DNA of 64,000 nucleotides, from NCBI GenBank assembly GCA_965222375.1, contig CBDCTZ010000014.1, positions 1,088,001 through 1,152,000 of the forward strand. Direction: 5' to 3'. Positions 36,635 through 46,707 of the stretch are shown piece by piece. Under the pieces are notes generated by a model. That model had not been told where the DNA came from. It was given only the letters and a program-made list of their open reading frames with translations, and did no database searches. How positions within the stretch are numbered: the first letter of the stretch is position 1; the number at the start of each line of letters is the position of its first letter. A program made the position numbers and the translations under genes. The DNA comes from Polyangiaceae bacterium (lineage in GTDB: Bacteria > Myxococcota_A > Polyangia > Polyangiales > Polyangiaceae).

Positions 36635-38761
36635 TTGAACAAGGATCGCGACAACCCCGGAAAGCCTGTCGGACCCCCGGCGAAACCGCACGCTGCGGTG
36701 CGAAGGGGAGCACCGCCCAAGCCGGGGCAGGGCAATGCGCCACGACCCTCTGCCGTGAAGCCGTCCGGCCCCGGTGCGACCAAAGCAGCTCGGGCGGCGA
36801 AGGCCCCCAGCCCCCAAGGGCGGCCTCCGCCCAAACCGGGTCCTGCTGGCAACGTCTCCGCGGCACCCGAGCAAGAGACGCTCCTGGACGACAAGCTCAG
36901 TCACTCCGCGACCCACTCCCGGGTGCGTTCACCCGAGCAGGACGAAGCACCGAACAGCGATGTCATTCCCCTGGTGCAAGTGCCGCCCCCGGGGCGAGAT
37001 GCCGACAAGTACATCGGATGCACGATCGACGGTCGCTACGTCGTTCTTTCCGTCCTCGGCGAGGGCGGCATGGGTGTGGTCTACAAGTGCCGACGACGGA
37101 TCTTCGAAAAGACCATGGCGGTCAAGATCTTGCGGGCGGACTTGGCGAAGAGCAGTGAGGCTACGGAACGCTTCGTCACGGAGGCCAAAGCAGCTTCCGC
37201 CATCGGCAACGCTCACATCGTCGACGTCGTGGACTTCGGCGAACTGCCGGACGGTTCGACCTACTTCGCCATGGAGTACCTGGAGGGTCCCACCCTGGCG
37301 GATATGATCGAGGACGAAGTCTTGGTGGGTAGCCCCCGAGTCGTGGGGATCGGGCGTCAACTAGCCGAGGGGCTGGCGGCCGCCCACGAGGCCAAGATCG
37401 TGCATCGGGATTTGAAGCCCGACAACATCTTCGTCATCGATCAAGAGGGTGAAGACTTCGTCAAGATTGTCGATTTCGGGATCGCGAAGGTTGCTGGCGC
37501 CGCCAACAAGCTCACGCGTGCCGGCGCCATTTTTGGCACGCCGCACTACATGTCTCCCGAGCAGTGTCGCGGCAAGAGCGTCGACCATCGCACGGACATC
37601 TACTCCCTCGGGATCATGCTTTATGAACTGATCGTTGGGGAGGTGCCCTTCGATGCGGAAAATCCGCTGAGCATCCTGAGCATGCACCTGCATGACCCGC
37701 CCTTGCCGCCAAGCGCGGTGGACAATGCGCCCGAGCTGCCTGATGGCCTGGAGCGCGTCATTCTGAAATGCCTGACCAAGGACCCGGACGATCGCTTCCA
37801 GTCCATGGCCGAGGTTGCCGAAGCCCTCGGCGCGATTGAACGAGGCGAATCTGTCGACGAAATCGTCATTCCCATCAGTGTCTTCCCGCCTCCAGCTGCC
37901 GAGCCCCATTCCCTGTCCGAGATCCAACCCAACCTATATCCGGATCCCGAGAGCGCGCCCGAGCCCATGGCGGATGCGCTGCGGGCTAGCAAGACCGGCG
38001 TGGTTCCGGTCGATGTTTCTCCGCCCTCCCAACCCGCTGTCGCCTCGCAGCGTGTGCCGGTCTCCAGGAGGCAAACGCCCCAGTCGGACTTGAGCTTGGC
38101 GACGGCGGTTGCGGATCCCCAGGTCGAGCGCGAGTGGGAGCGTGCCAACCGAGGTAGCCGTTGGCCCATGTGGCTCGGCTTCGTTGCACTACTCGGCGCC
38201 GGGGGCGCGTACTTCTACTATAGCAGCCTGGCGAACCACGGGCCGATGCCTCAAACCGTCATGGCAGCTCGCCCCTTGGTGCTGAAAGACTTTCTTGCTG
38301 AAATCGAAAGTGAGGAGCCCGCGCCCAAGGTCAACTCCGTTGCTTTGGTGATGTCACCCTTGGATGCCAAGGTTTTCAAGGACGGGGAGGATTTGGGCAG
38401 CATGCCGGTGACGGTCGACGTGCCCGATGGCGAGGTCGTGACCGTCGAGATCAAGCGCAACGGCTACTTCACCCGGAAAGTGAAGCTGGACGGGAAGAAG
38501 ACGAAGAAACTCGTGCGCCTTGCGCCCATTCCCGGCTCCCGTGCGGCGGCTGGGGCGAAGGAACGCAGTGCGGAGGAACTCGGCTTCAAGGAAGGCAAGC
38601 CCGGTGAAGAGCCGGAGCCCGTTGAAGAAGTGCCGCCTCCGCCGCCACCCAAGTCCACAGGCTGGCGCGTTGGCCAGCCAGCAGAGCCGCGCGCTCCCGG
38701 GCCACCCGAGCCCGCGCCCGCGCCCGCACCGGCGCCCGATCCCGCGCCGCCCAAGAAGTAA
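36635..38761 (+). CDS. Membrane Ser/Thr protein kinase with extracellular PEGA-like domain
   Basis: GEGGMGVVY, AVK, HRDLKPDN, DFG, GTPHYMSPE; TM WLGFVALLGAGGAYFYY; start uncertain. Confidence 0.92.
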   Translation: MNKDRDNPGKPVGPPAKPHAAVRRGAPPKPGQGNAPRPSAVKPSGPGATKAARAAKAPSPQGRPPPKPGPAGNVSAAPEQETLLDDKLSHSATHSRVRSPEQDEAPNSDVIPLVQVPPPGRDADKYIGCTIDGRYVVLSVLGEGGMGVVYKCRRRIFEKTMAVKILRADLAKSSEATERFVTEAKAASAIGNAHIVDVVDFGELPDGSTYFAMEYLEGPTLADMIEDEVLVGSPRVVGIGRQLAEGLAAAHEAKIVHRDLKPDNIFVIDQEGEDFVKIVDFGIAKVAGAANKLTRAGAIFGTPHYMSPEQCRGKSVDHRTDIYSLGIMLYELIVGEVPFDAENPLSILSMHLHDPPLPPSAVDNAPELPDGLERVILKCLTKDPDDRFQSMAEVAEALGAIERGESVDEIVIPISVFPPPAAEPHSLSEIQPNLYPDPESAPEPMADALRASKTGVVPVDVSPPSQPAVASQRVPVSRRQTPQSDLSLATAVADPQVEREWERANRGSRWPMWLGFVALLGAGGAYFYYSSLANHGPMPQTVMAARPLVLKDFLAEIESEEPAPKVNSVALVMSPLDAKVFKDGEDLGSMPVTVDVPDGEVVTVEIKRNGYFTRKVKLDGKKTKKLVRLAPIPGSRAAAGAKERSAEELGFKEGKPGEEPEPVEEVPPPPPPKSTGWRVGQPAEPRAPGPPEPAPAPAPAPDPAPPKK

Positions 38762-38951
38762 CCGCAACCGGATCGCGCGCGGTCAACCAGTCGCGTGCGG
38801 GTGCGCGTGCGCTCATTGCGTGACCGAGGCGCGTCTGACGGCGAATGGTTGAACCACTGATGCTGCTGACAACTGTGGCGTTTGCGACTACACGCTCACA
38901 CCCAGCGCGGGCAGGTGGGACTCGCGAGGGCTCGGCCCGGAAGGACTAGTG

Positions 38952-40007
38952 ATGACTGGGGTGACGATTACGGGTTCGGGACACTACCTGCCTGGAGAGC
39001 CGGTGCACAACTCGGCGCTGGCTCGGGTCATGGACACGAACCACGAGTGGATTCAACAGCGCACGGGTATCGAACAGCGTCACTACTGCCCTGAGGGCGT
39101 TGGGGTTTCCGACCTAGCGTTGGTTGCAGCGCAGCGCGCCCTGGACTCTGCGGGTCGCGCGCCGGAAGACGTCGACTACATCTTGTTCAACACCATGACT
39201 CCGGATCACATCTTCCCGGGCTCGGCGCCGCTGTTGGCACGGGAGCTGGGCTGCTTGGGGGCTCCTGCCCTGGATCTGCGAGCCCAGTGCGCCGCAATGA
39301 TCTACAGCTTTCAACTTGCGGATTCCCTGCTCCAAAGTGGGGCGGCGTGCACCATCTTGGTGGTTGGCTCCGAAGCTCACGCAGGGTTCATGCCTTGGCG
39401 AGATTGGCAGGTGCTCGAGGGTACGACGTCCCGCGCCGTGCCGGACGCAGACTTCCGCCGGGCAACGGATCATCGCGCTCTGGCAATCATCTTCGGCGAT
39501 GGCGCTGGGGCTCTGGTTCTGGAGAAGGCCGAAGAGTCGAGCGCGAAACTGCTTGGCGTCGACCTACACAGCGACGGACGCTTCGCTGAGAAGCTCTTCA
39601 TCTCCGCGGGCTTTCGCACTCGCCCCTTCGTAACGCAGTCCACCGTCGAGGACGACACCTGGATCCCGAGCATGGACGGCCGTGACGTATTTCGACAGGC
39701 GGTCACGCTTCTGCCAGCGTCGGTGAAACGAGTTTGCCAACATGCGGGGGTCGCGCTCCAAGACGTGGACTGGTTCATTGCCCACCAGGCGAATCAACGC
39801 ATCAACGATGCCATTCGCCAGCGTTTGGGCGTTCCGGCGGAAAAGGTGCCGAGCAACATCGCGAGGACTGGGAACACGTCCGCGGCTACGATTCCGATCC
39901 TCATCGACGAAATGCGGCGAGATGGCCGGCTCGAGCCGGGTCAGCTGGTGTGCTTTCTCGCGCTAGGAGCGGGCCTGCATTGGGGCAGCGTGCTCTGGCG
40001 ACTGTAG
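38952..40007 (+). CDS. fabH: 3-oxoacyl-ACP synthase III (KASIII)
   Basis: WIQQRTGIEQR, AQC, FGDGAGA, HQAN, GNTSAA (Cys-His-Asn triad). Confidence 0.85.
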   Translation: MTGVTITGSGHYLPGEPVHNSALARVMDTNHEWIQQRTGIEQRHYCPEGVGVSDLALVAAQRALDSAGRAPEDVDYILFNTMTPDHIFPGSAPLLARELGCLGAPALDLRAQCAAMIYSFQLADSLLQSGAACTILVVGSEAHAGFMPWRDWQVLEGTTSRAVPDADFRRATDHRALAIIFGDGAGALVLEKAEESSAKLLGVDLHSDGRFAEKLFISAGFRTRPFVTQSTVEDDTWIPSMDGRDVFRQAVTLLPASVKRVCQHAGVALQDVDWFIAHQANQRINDAIRQRLGVPAEKVPSNIARTGNTSAATIPILIDEMRRDGRLEPGQLVCFLALGAGLHWGSVLWRL

Positions 40008-40019
40008 AGTCGCGGTGTT

Positions 40020-40652
40020 CTAGAGCCAGGCGGGGACGCAGGAGCCCTGATGTTTGGGCGGGTTGCGCACGATGTTCGCGGAAGTGAGGATGACCCACTG
40101 CTCACTGCAGCTACCGTTGCGCTTGACCACGAGTTCGATGTTCGGATTGTTGGGATCCACCGCGGCGCAGGCACCTGACGCATTGATGCGGCTCACGACA
40201 TCGTCTCGGAAAAGCTTGGGCTCGAGCGCCTTGGGACAGCACGCGGCGGGCCCGGCGCCGGTGTCGAACCACCCGGGGTTCGCGGCCACGCTGTCTTGGC
40301 TCGCCTTTTTTACCTTGTTGCCGAGGGTGGGCGGCGGATCGCCACAGTCGTAGCTCGCCGGCGACGAGGAGCTGCAGTCCAGGGTGCCGCTCGTATCGCA
40401 CACGAACGCCGCCTCCGGGGCCGCGTCGTCGGCGGCTGCGTCGTTCGGAGCTCCGCCGGAGCCCGTCGCGCCAGAGCTGCCCCCGGTGCTGGAGGCGTCG
40501 CTAGCTCCGAAGCCCCCAAGGCTGCCGTCCAGGACCGAAGTGCCGCCCTGGCCGCCGGAGGACGCGTCCGGCGTGTTGTCCGCGGTATGCACGCTTTCGT
40601 CTCCGCAAGCGAAGAGCCAGCATCCGGCCAAGACCAAGAACGTGCGCGTCAT
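40020..40652 (-). CDS. Cys-rich lipoprotein with Gly tether
   Basis: Lipobox LFAC, GS linker, Cys-containing domain. Confidence 0.7.
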   Translation of the reverse strand: MTRTFLVLAGCWLFACGDESVHTADNTPDASSGGQGGTSVLDGSLGGFGASDASSTGGSSGATGSGGAPNDAAADDAAPEAAFVCDTSGTLDCSSSSPASYDCGDPPPTLGNKVKKASQDSVAANPGWFDTGAGPAACCPKALEPKLFRDDVVSRINASGACAAVDPNNPNIELVVKRNGSCSEQWVILTSANIVRNPPKHQGSCVPAWL

Positions 40653-40738
40653 GCGTCTTCCTGTCACCAGTATACGCGCTCGCCCTCTGTCTTGGGCCGG
40701 CGTCGTCGAGGGGCCGCCCACTCAGCGAGAGTGGGCGG

Positions 40739-41527
40739 CTAGAAACGGTAGCCCAGGCCCACGGCCAGGCGAAAGTCCCAGGAGTTCTGGGCAACGACCG
40801 TGTAGCTGGTGTTTCCGTTCGTGAACTTCACGCGATCCCGCCAATCCGACTCCTGAGTCATGTTCTTGGCGGCTTTGATGTCGATGGGGATCTCGAACTT
40901 GTCTCCGGCTTCGACCACCATGCCGAGGACGAAAGCCAACATGGTCGAGTTCTTCTTCTCGGCGTCAATCGGGTCCAGCTGCTGTCCAGTCTCGACTTCG
41001 AAGTCCGCACTCGCCGACGTGGGCAACATGAATTCAGGTCCGATGCCCACTGACAGCCGACCGAAGGGTGCGCTGGCAATGCCTTTTACGAAAAGGCCGA
41101 TCCGAGGACCGCTGCTGGTCACGGACTCCTTGGTGTCGACGCCGTTGATCGTCACATTTCTCAGAAGCTTCGAGCTGTCGTATCCCAGGTCGAACTCCAG
41201 ACCCAGGTGTTTGAAGAAGCGTGCCTCGTAGTAGAGGGCGCCACCCCAACCAAGCCCACCGCCGTCCCCAGCGAAGCCGAGCCCCTCGTAGTTGCCGGGT
41301 ATGTTGCCGGGTGTGCTCCACAAGTTGCCACCCACGAGCAGCTTCAAACCTGCGGTTTGTTCTACGGTCTTACCCTCATCCTTTGGCGTGGCTGCGGCGG
41401 CGTCCTCATCCCCTGGCGCGGCCGCGCCCGCACCGTCTTCCGGCAGGGTAGCCTTCGTTCGCGCAGCGGCTGGCGCCGCCACCAAAAGCGCCACTAGGGG
41501 CATGAGTCCAAGGAAGAGTCGTTTCAT
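40739..41527 (-). CDS. Outer-membrane beta-barrel protein
   Basis: Signal peptide; amphipathic strands; C-terminal beta-signal LAVGLGYRF. Confidence 0.75.
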   Translation of the reverse strand: MKRLFLGLMPLVALLVAAPAAARTKATLPEDGAGAAAPGDEDAAAATPKDEGKTVEQTAGLKLLVGGNLWSTPGNIPGNYEGLGFAGDGGGLGWGGALYYEARFFKHLGLEFDLGYDSSKLLRNVTINGVDTKESVTSSGPRIGLFVKGIASAPFGRLSVGIGPEFMLPTSASADFEVETGQQLDPIDAEKKNSTMLAFVLGMVVEAGDKFEIPIDIKAAKNMTQESDWRDRVKFTNGNTSYTVVAQNSWDFRLAVGLGYRF

Positions 41528-41839
41528 GGCGGGGGCAGGATACTCGAGCACTCCTCGGTGGCCACTTATTTTGGCTTAGCCCAGCGTCCAGAATGCCTCT
41601 GGTTGGCACCGGCGTCAGCGCCAGCCAATTTCCGCCGCGGTTTGCTGGCCCACGGCTAGTTCCTCCAGCCTATCTGGTGGGCGTTCTTGGCCTCCACCCA
41701 GGGCGACATTGCGCGCCGCGAGGATCCCAAGCAAGATCGAAACGCGCACCACGAAAAACGTTCGGGAAGGGGCCTTGCCCATCCATGCCGAGGCTATCGC
41801 GGTGGCGGGCAGCACGCACCTCATCGCTCGCGACGCACG

Positions 41840-43732
41840 CTATTCGGCTGCGCTGAGTTTGCGCCGAATCACGCTGCCGTCGCGGGTCAGCCACACGACC
41901 TGGGTCGCGTCCGCCGCAAGGGCAACGGGGCCGTCCACGTCGAGATCCAAGTTGGTCAAGTTTTGGGAGCCGAGGTCGTATTGGATCAGCCCGGCGGCGT
42001 ACTTGCCCGCACGCGTCCGTGCCCAGAACAGCGTGCCATCGACGGCGGCAAGCTGCGACACCTCTGAGCTGTCCTTGTACAAGATCTCGCGCTTCTCGGA
42101 TTGCCGGTGGATCCGCTCGATCTGAGTTTGAACGCCAACGTACACGTAGCTATCGTCAAGAGCCAGGGCACCGGTCAAACCCGGTAGAGGGGCGATCGAC
42201 CGCAGCTGTGACCCATCGACCTGGTAGACGCCGTCGTTCTGAAGCACGTAGGTGCCAGTCGCGTCGGCCGCGAGCTTCAAGAAGTTCGAAGTGCGGATTT
42301 CAGCCTGCGGACCGCTGGCATCGAAGCGCTCTACAGCCGTCGAAGACGCCACCCAAACCGAATCGCCGGCGGTCGCCATTCCTTTGGGTTTCTGAGTACG
42401 AGGGGCCACGACCTCGAGGTTCCCTTGCCCTTTGCGACGATACAGTTGCCGATCTGTCGCGACCCACAGCACGTCGCCGTCAGCGGCCACCCACGCGGCG
42501 CGGGAAGCATCTAGACGCGTTTTTGTCGCGCCACCTGCGGCAGCGATCTGCACGAGCTCACGCCGACTGGTGGTCGCGATTCCCTGGGGGATCAATGTCA
42601 GGCTTTTGCCAGGATTCTTCTCGTAGTTGAGGCGCTGGCTGCTCGCGGCGCCTGCAAGACACATCCCCTGGATCACCAGGTCATGTTGACCCTTGTCTGG
42701 CAGTACGATGGCAGCGCGGTTCTCTCCTTCGAGTAGCGCGTCACCGTAGACCCGCTGAACCGTCCCCACCCCGCCCATGGTGAAGGCCTGTTTGCCGACG
42801 AGCTGGGTGGCGCGAAACACCCGCACGCCCTCGAGGGATGTTGCTGCGATGCTCTTGCCGGCGCCGCCTGGCGGCGGAAACGTGAACTCGATCACGAAGG
42901 TCCCTCCCGCTTTGCGCCACAGCTTTCCCAGGCACACGCCTTCGCCCGTCCTCCAGGCGACGTATTCGACGTCCGCGTTGACTGGGTCCTCCTGCATGGT
43001 CAACGCCAACGCGACCACGATCATGGCGCCCACGGAGAGCAGCGGCGCGGCCACCGCCGCCGCCAGGGTCACGCGAACGGCTCGCGCGCTGTGGGCACCC
43101 AAGGAGTGGGCTTGGGTGTGGATCTCCGCCTCGTAGCGGTCGAATACGTTGCGACTGCGGTGGCGCATCCGCTCCAAAACGTCTGGTGCCACGACGTTGT
43201 CGGCGCGACAGAAGCCACAACTGCACAAGACTTCGCCCGCCGCCGGGCTCAGCGGGGCCCCGCACACATGGCAGCTCGCGGGTTCCCCAGCGGCCCGCGG
43301 AGGTGTCGCCGCGCAGGCATCTTCGAGCTTGCGTCGTGCCCGCGCGATGATCCAGGCGCCGAATGCCCCGCTGGCCAGCATGACCAGCAAGGGCAAGAAG
43401 CCCATCAGCGCGACGACCCACCAGGCAACCTGCCCGGACATCAGGGAGCAGGTGCCCGCGAAGAAGACGAAGGGCACCGTGAGCAGCAGCAAGACGATGG
43501 CGAACTTCAGCTTCTGCCACCAGGCGGACAGCAATGTGCGTCGCTGCAGCGCGTCTAGGGTGCGCTCTCCCGCGTCCTGCTGCAGCAAGACATCTCGGGC
43601 ACGCTGAAGATGTCCCTGCGTCTCTGGGCTGGGCGCTCCGTCGTATTTGCAGTGATGACACCGCTGGCGCTCAGGCGTGGCGAGGGAGACCGGGTTCGGA
43701 GCTCCACAGCAAGGGCAATGAGCGGCAAGCAC
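41840..43732 (-). CDS. Membrane protein with two Zn-ribbons, three TMs and C-terminal beta-propeller
   Basis: CPCC..CHHC and CHVC..CGFC; hydrophobic segments; repeated 'LAAD..' blade motifs. Confidence 0.7.
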   Translation of the reverse strand: MLAAHCPCCGAPNPVSLATPERQRCHHCKYDGAPSPETQGHLQRARDVLLQQDAGERTLDALQRRTLLSAWWQKLKFAIVLLLLTVPFVFFAGTCSLMSGQVAWWVVALMGFLPLLVMLASGAFGAWIIARARRKLEDACAATPPRAAGEPASCHVCGAPLSPAAGEVLCSCGFCRADNVVAPDVLERMRHRSRNVFDRYEAEIHTQAHSLGAHSARAVRVTLAAAVAAPLLSVGAMIVVALALTMQEDPVNADVEYVAWRTGEGVCLGKLWRKAGGTFVIEFTFPPPGGAGKSIAATSLEGVRVFRATQLVGKQAFTMGGVGTVQRVYGDALLEGENRAAIVLPDKGQHDLVIQGMCLAGAASSQRLNYEKNPGKSLTLIPQGIATTSRRELVQIAAAGGATKTRLDASRAAWVAADGDVLWVATDRQLYRRKGQGNLEVVAPRTQKPKGMATAGDSVWVASSTAVERFDASGPQAEIRTSNFLKLAADATGTYVLQNDGVYQVDGSQLRSIAPLPGLTGALALDDSYVYVGVQTQIERIHRQSEKREILYKDSSEVSQLAAVDGTLFWARTRAGKYAAGLIQYDLGSQNLTNLDLDVDGPVALAADATQVVWLTRDGSVIRRKLSAAE

Positions 43733-43921
43733 GGCCGCACTTTTTCCCGCGGCGAGTGAAAAATCAACGCCGAGATCGAGTTGAGGGTTTTTGGGGGGTC
43801 GCGGATCTGGCGCAGCCTGGGGCGCTAATCCCGCGCTTTGCCGTGGGGTGCGCCTACTGCGCGCCGCACGAGATTAGTGCAACGGCTTGCACCAAGGCCA
43901 CGACCCCAAACCCAACCTCAA

Positions 43922-44464
43922 TCAGCCGCTGCCTGCGTCAGTACTTCCGCCTGCGTCAGTACTTCCGCCTGCGCCACCCGTGGCACCGCCTGCACCGCCG
44001 GTCGCTCCCGCGTCGGAGCCGCCTGCTCCGCCGCTGCCCCCCGAGCCGCTGTCCGCGCCCGCGTCTGCGACGGCCAGAGGGGCGCAAATGTTGAGGATGA
44101 TGTTGGAGCCCTGGAATCTGAACGGCGTGCAAGTGCCTCCGCCGGCGCACGTGCCGTTGTTGCACCAGGGCGAGCAAACACCAGTCGCTGCGGAGGTCGT
44201 TGGGAAACAAGCCAGTCCCGGGCCGCAATCCGCCAATCCGCCCTGGTTCACACATGCGGAGCCCTCCGACTTCGTGGAATTGCCGGGCAAACACTCGAAA
44301 CTGCTCAGGTTCGCGTTGGGCCAACAGGTTTGGTCTGCCGCGCAGGAGTACGGATCCGCAGCGCAGCCAGCTGTCGTCGAGCTGGCACTACTATTATTGT
44401 CATCACTACTACACGCCAAAGCTGTGAAGCCCAGGCACACAAAAGCCAAATACCATTGTTTCAT
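43922..44464 (-). CDS. Cys-rich lipoprotein with C-terminal Gly tail
   Basis: Lipobox ALAC; many Cys; GGAGG RBS. Confidence 0.75.
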   Translation of the reverse strand: MKQWYLAFVCLGFTALACSSDDNNSSASSTTAGCAADPYSCAADQTCWPNANLSSFECLPGNSTKSEGSACVNQGGLADCGPGLACFPTTSAATGVCSPWCNNGTCAGGGTCTPFRFQGSNIILNICAPLAVADAGADSGSGGSGGAGGSDAGATGGAGGATGGAGGSTDAGGSTDAGSG

Positions 44465-44495
44465 TGGGTACCTCCCTTAAGGTCGGACGCGACCT

Positions 44496-44512
44496 TGCAC
44501 GGACCGGGCCAA
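44496..44512 (-). promoter_or_regulatory. sigma54 promoter
   Basis: TTGGCCCGGTCCGTGCA (GG-N10-GC) about 30 bp upstream of ATG 44464. Confidence 0.5.
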
Positions 44513-44531
44513 GAGGCCAAGCCCCGGGGTG

Positions 44532-45680
44532 CTAATTCTTCTTGTCTGCGGCCGCCTTGGCGCGTTCCTCGCGCAGCTTCTCGAGGTCCACGTCCTTGGC
44601 GCCAGGCCCGAGCAGGGTGCCGCATAGGGTCTTGCACTTGCGGTCCCTGGGCTTGCAGGTGCACGTGCCCTTGGCCTTCTTATCCAGGGCCTCTTGGACC
44701 TCGGCGATGGTGGTGTTGGCCAGGCGCTCCACGCGATTGAAATCCCACTTCTTCTTGCGCTGGTGGGGCGTGCGGGGGTCGGTGGTCTTGCCGTCCGGTT
44801 CGGAGCAGCAGCGAAAACCGAGGAAGTAGTAATAGAAGCCCTCGTCGTGGGTGTAGATCTTTGGCCGACACTGGTTGCGGACGCCCTCGTACCAGGGTCC
44901 GCCGGTGTGCACGCTGTCGAACTTGCCCTTCCAATTCCCGAGGGGCTTCTCGTTGGCGACGACTTCGTCGTTGTTGGCGGGCAAGTCATGTACGCCAAAG
45001 TCACTGATGCACTCGGGCTGCTGCCCGCTGCGAACGCCCTTCCACAGCCGCGCTAGCTCTTTCGGATCTCTGCGCGCGACCAGCTTCATCTTCGGGCCGT
45101 CCCACTTGTGGTCGCCGTTGCACTTGGTGCTGTCGCGCGTGTAGCCGTAGGGGAAGGGCTTCATCTCCGGTCCCTCGCAAGCGAAGGTCCATTCGCTTTC
45201 GGTGCACATGCGCTTGCCGAGCGCGGCGCATTTCACCTGCGCTTGATAGAAGGTGTTCATCACCTCCGGGCGCTCCCCCGCCTTGTTCGGCCAGGAGTAT
45301 TTGTCGATGCAGAAGCGCTTCTTCACTCGCGAGCCGATGCAGGTGCTCTTGGGCTCGAAGTCTTCGCAGACCTTCTTCTTGTTCCACTTGGCGTACCAGC
45401 TCTTCTTGCAGGTCTGCTTCACCTTGGTGCAGTAGTCGCCCTCGACGAGAACCATCCCGGCGCCGCACGCGCCGGAGGAGGGATCCTTGCTTTCGGTGAC
45501 GAGCTCCGGCTTGGCTCCGGTTGGGGCGTCGGGCGCCGAGCTGGTGGCCGTGGGAGCCGCGGTGGTCGTGGCTGCTGTTGCGGGGGCGGCCGTGGGGGGC
45601 GCCGCCGGCTCGGCATCCGGCGGCGGCGCTGCGGCACAGGCGATGGTGATGGCCAGGGGCGCACTCAGTAGGGAACGCAT
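44532..45680 (-). CDS. FGE-sulfatase (SUMF1/EgtB/PvdO) domain exported protein
   Basis: 'GMVLVEG', 'FCIDKYSWPN', 'GKRMCTESEWTFACEG...PFPYG', 'GFRCC'. Confidence 0.85.
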   Translation of the reverse strand: MRSLLSAPLAITIACAAAPPPDAEPAAPPTAAPATAATTTAAPTATSSAPDAPTGAKPELVTESKDPSSGACGAGMVLVEGDYCTKVKQTCKKSWYAKWNKKKVCEDFEPKSTCIGSRVKKRFCIDKYSWPNKAGERPEVMNTFYQAQVKCAALGKRMCTESEWTFACEGPEMKPFPYGYTRDSTKCNGDHKWDGPKMKLVARRDPKELARLWKGVRSGQQPECISDFGVHDLPANNDEVVANEKPLGNWKGKFDSVHTGGPWYEGVRNQCRPKIYTHDEGFYYYFLGFRCCSEPDGKTTDPRTPHQRKKKWDFNRVERLANTTIAEVQEALDKKAKGTCTCKPRDRKCKTLCGTLLGPGAKDVDLEKLREERAKAAADKKN

Positions 45681-45734
45681 GCCGGCTCTTTTAGCAGAAC
45701 AGGCTGGGCCTGGGATCCAAGCTCGGGCCCCCCT

Positions 45735-45775
45735 GGAGCGTCACACTGGGAGCGTCACAGTGTGACGCGTGACGC
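45735..45775. promoter_or_regulatory. Clustered GCGTCAC direct and inverted repeats, candidate enhancer
   Basis: ggagcgtcaca at 45735 and 45749; palindrome gcgtcac-agt-gtgacgc (45752-45768). Confidence 0.5.
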
Positions 45776-45929
45776 GTGCACCCACATCATCTTACGTGGG
45801 CGCACTGGGAAACCTTCCTATCCGCGTTTTGGCGGCTTTTTGGGGGAATTTTGGCCATTCGGACACGGGGTCGTGGCTTGGGGTCCACGCCACGGCGGGC
45901 TGGCGACGGCAAAGTCGGGGCGATCCAAG

Positions 45930-45946
45930 TTGGCCCGCGACTTGCT
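45930..45946 (+). promoter_or_regulatory. sigma54 promoter
   Basis: TTGGCCCGCGACTTGCT, near-consensus -24/-12. Confidence 0.7.
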
Positions 45947-46033
45947 CTAACAAAAAACATCGAAAGCAGTGTCACGAATGGGAACGGTCGCGCGTTGAGA
46001 GTGTCGGGAGTCATTCAGGAGGAGAACGAAATT

Positions 46034-46696
46034 ATGAAGAGCAAGATGATGAAGTCGGTTTTCGCAGGTCTGGGTGCTTTGATGGTTGCTACGGCTGGCG
46101 TCGGTGAGGCCAGTGCCTGCGGCGGCGCTTACTTCCCGGAGATCGAAGTCGACTGGCGACCCATGGGTATCGCCATGGCGGAGAAGCAGCTCGACCAGGG
46201 CAAGACTGCCCAGGCGGCCGCCACCATCGTCCGCGTGATGCCGCACGTTGCGAGCCTCAACGCCAAGAAGAGCAAACTCACCGAGCGCGCCCAGCGGGTA
46301 CTGGCCGTGGCCATCGCTCGCAACAACGGCAAGCTCGATGTCGCCAGCGTGCCCGGCTACGCTCGGAGCCACTGGGCTGGCAAGACAGCGGAGGACCGTG
46401 CAACCAACTTGACCTTTGCCGTCAACACCTTGCGCAAAGTCAACAAGATCAAGAAGAACGATCCAGCCGTCCAGACTGAGCTCGCGGAAGCCCTCGCTCG
46501 GGTCGACGCGCACAAGAAAGAGGCGCGCAACCTGCTCGAGAAGCTGGCCAAGAAGGATCTGATTGCCACGCCCGAGGGTTATGCCGTACTCGCCGACCTG
46601 CGCGCCCAGGCAGGCGACGCCAAGGGCAAGAAGCTCGCACTCAAGCGCTGCGAAGCCATGGCTTCCAGTGCTAGTGTGTGCCGCACCACCGTCTGA
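46034..46696 (+). CDS. Secreted alpha-helical (TPR-like) protein
   Basis: Strong AGGAGGAG RBS; signal peptide ending ASA-C; helical repeats. Confidence 0.75.
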   Translation: MKSKMMKSVFAGLGALMVATAGVGEASACGGAYFPEIEVDWRPMGIAMAEKQLDQGKTAQAAATIVRVMPHVASLNAKKSKLTERAQRVLAVAIARNNGKLDVASVPGYARSHWAGKTAEDRATNLTFAVNTLRKVNKIKKNDPAVQTELAEALARVDAHKKEARNLLEKLAKKDLIATPEGYAVLADLRAQAGDAKGKKLALKRCEAMASSASVCRTTV

Positions 46697-46707
46697 GGTT
46701 TTCCTGA

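Noticed and set aside
41615..41824. Small ORF in the roughly 300-bp intergenic region
   Set aside because: No motif or clear RBS; cannot be supported
43929..43972. 18-bp tandem repeat
   Set aside because: In-frame coding repeat (GGSTDA) in a lipoprotein tail
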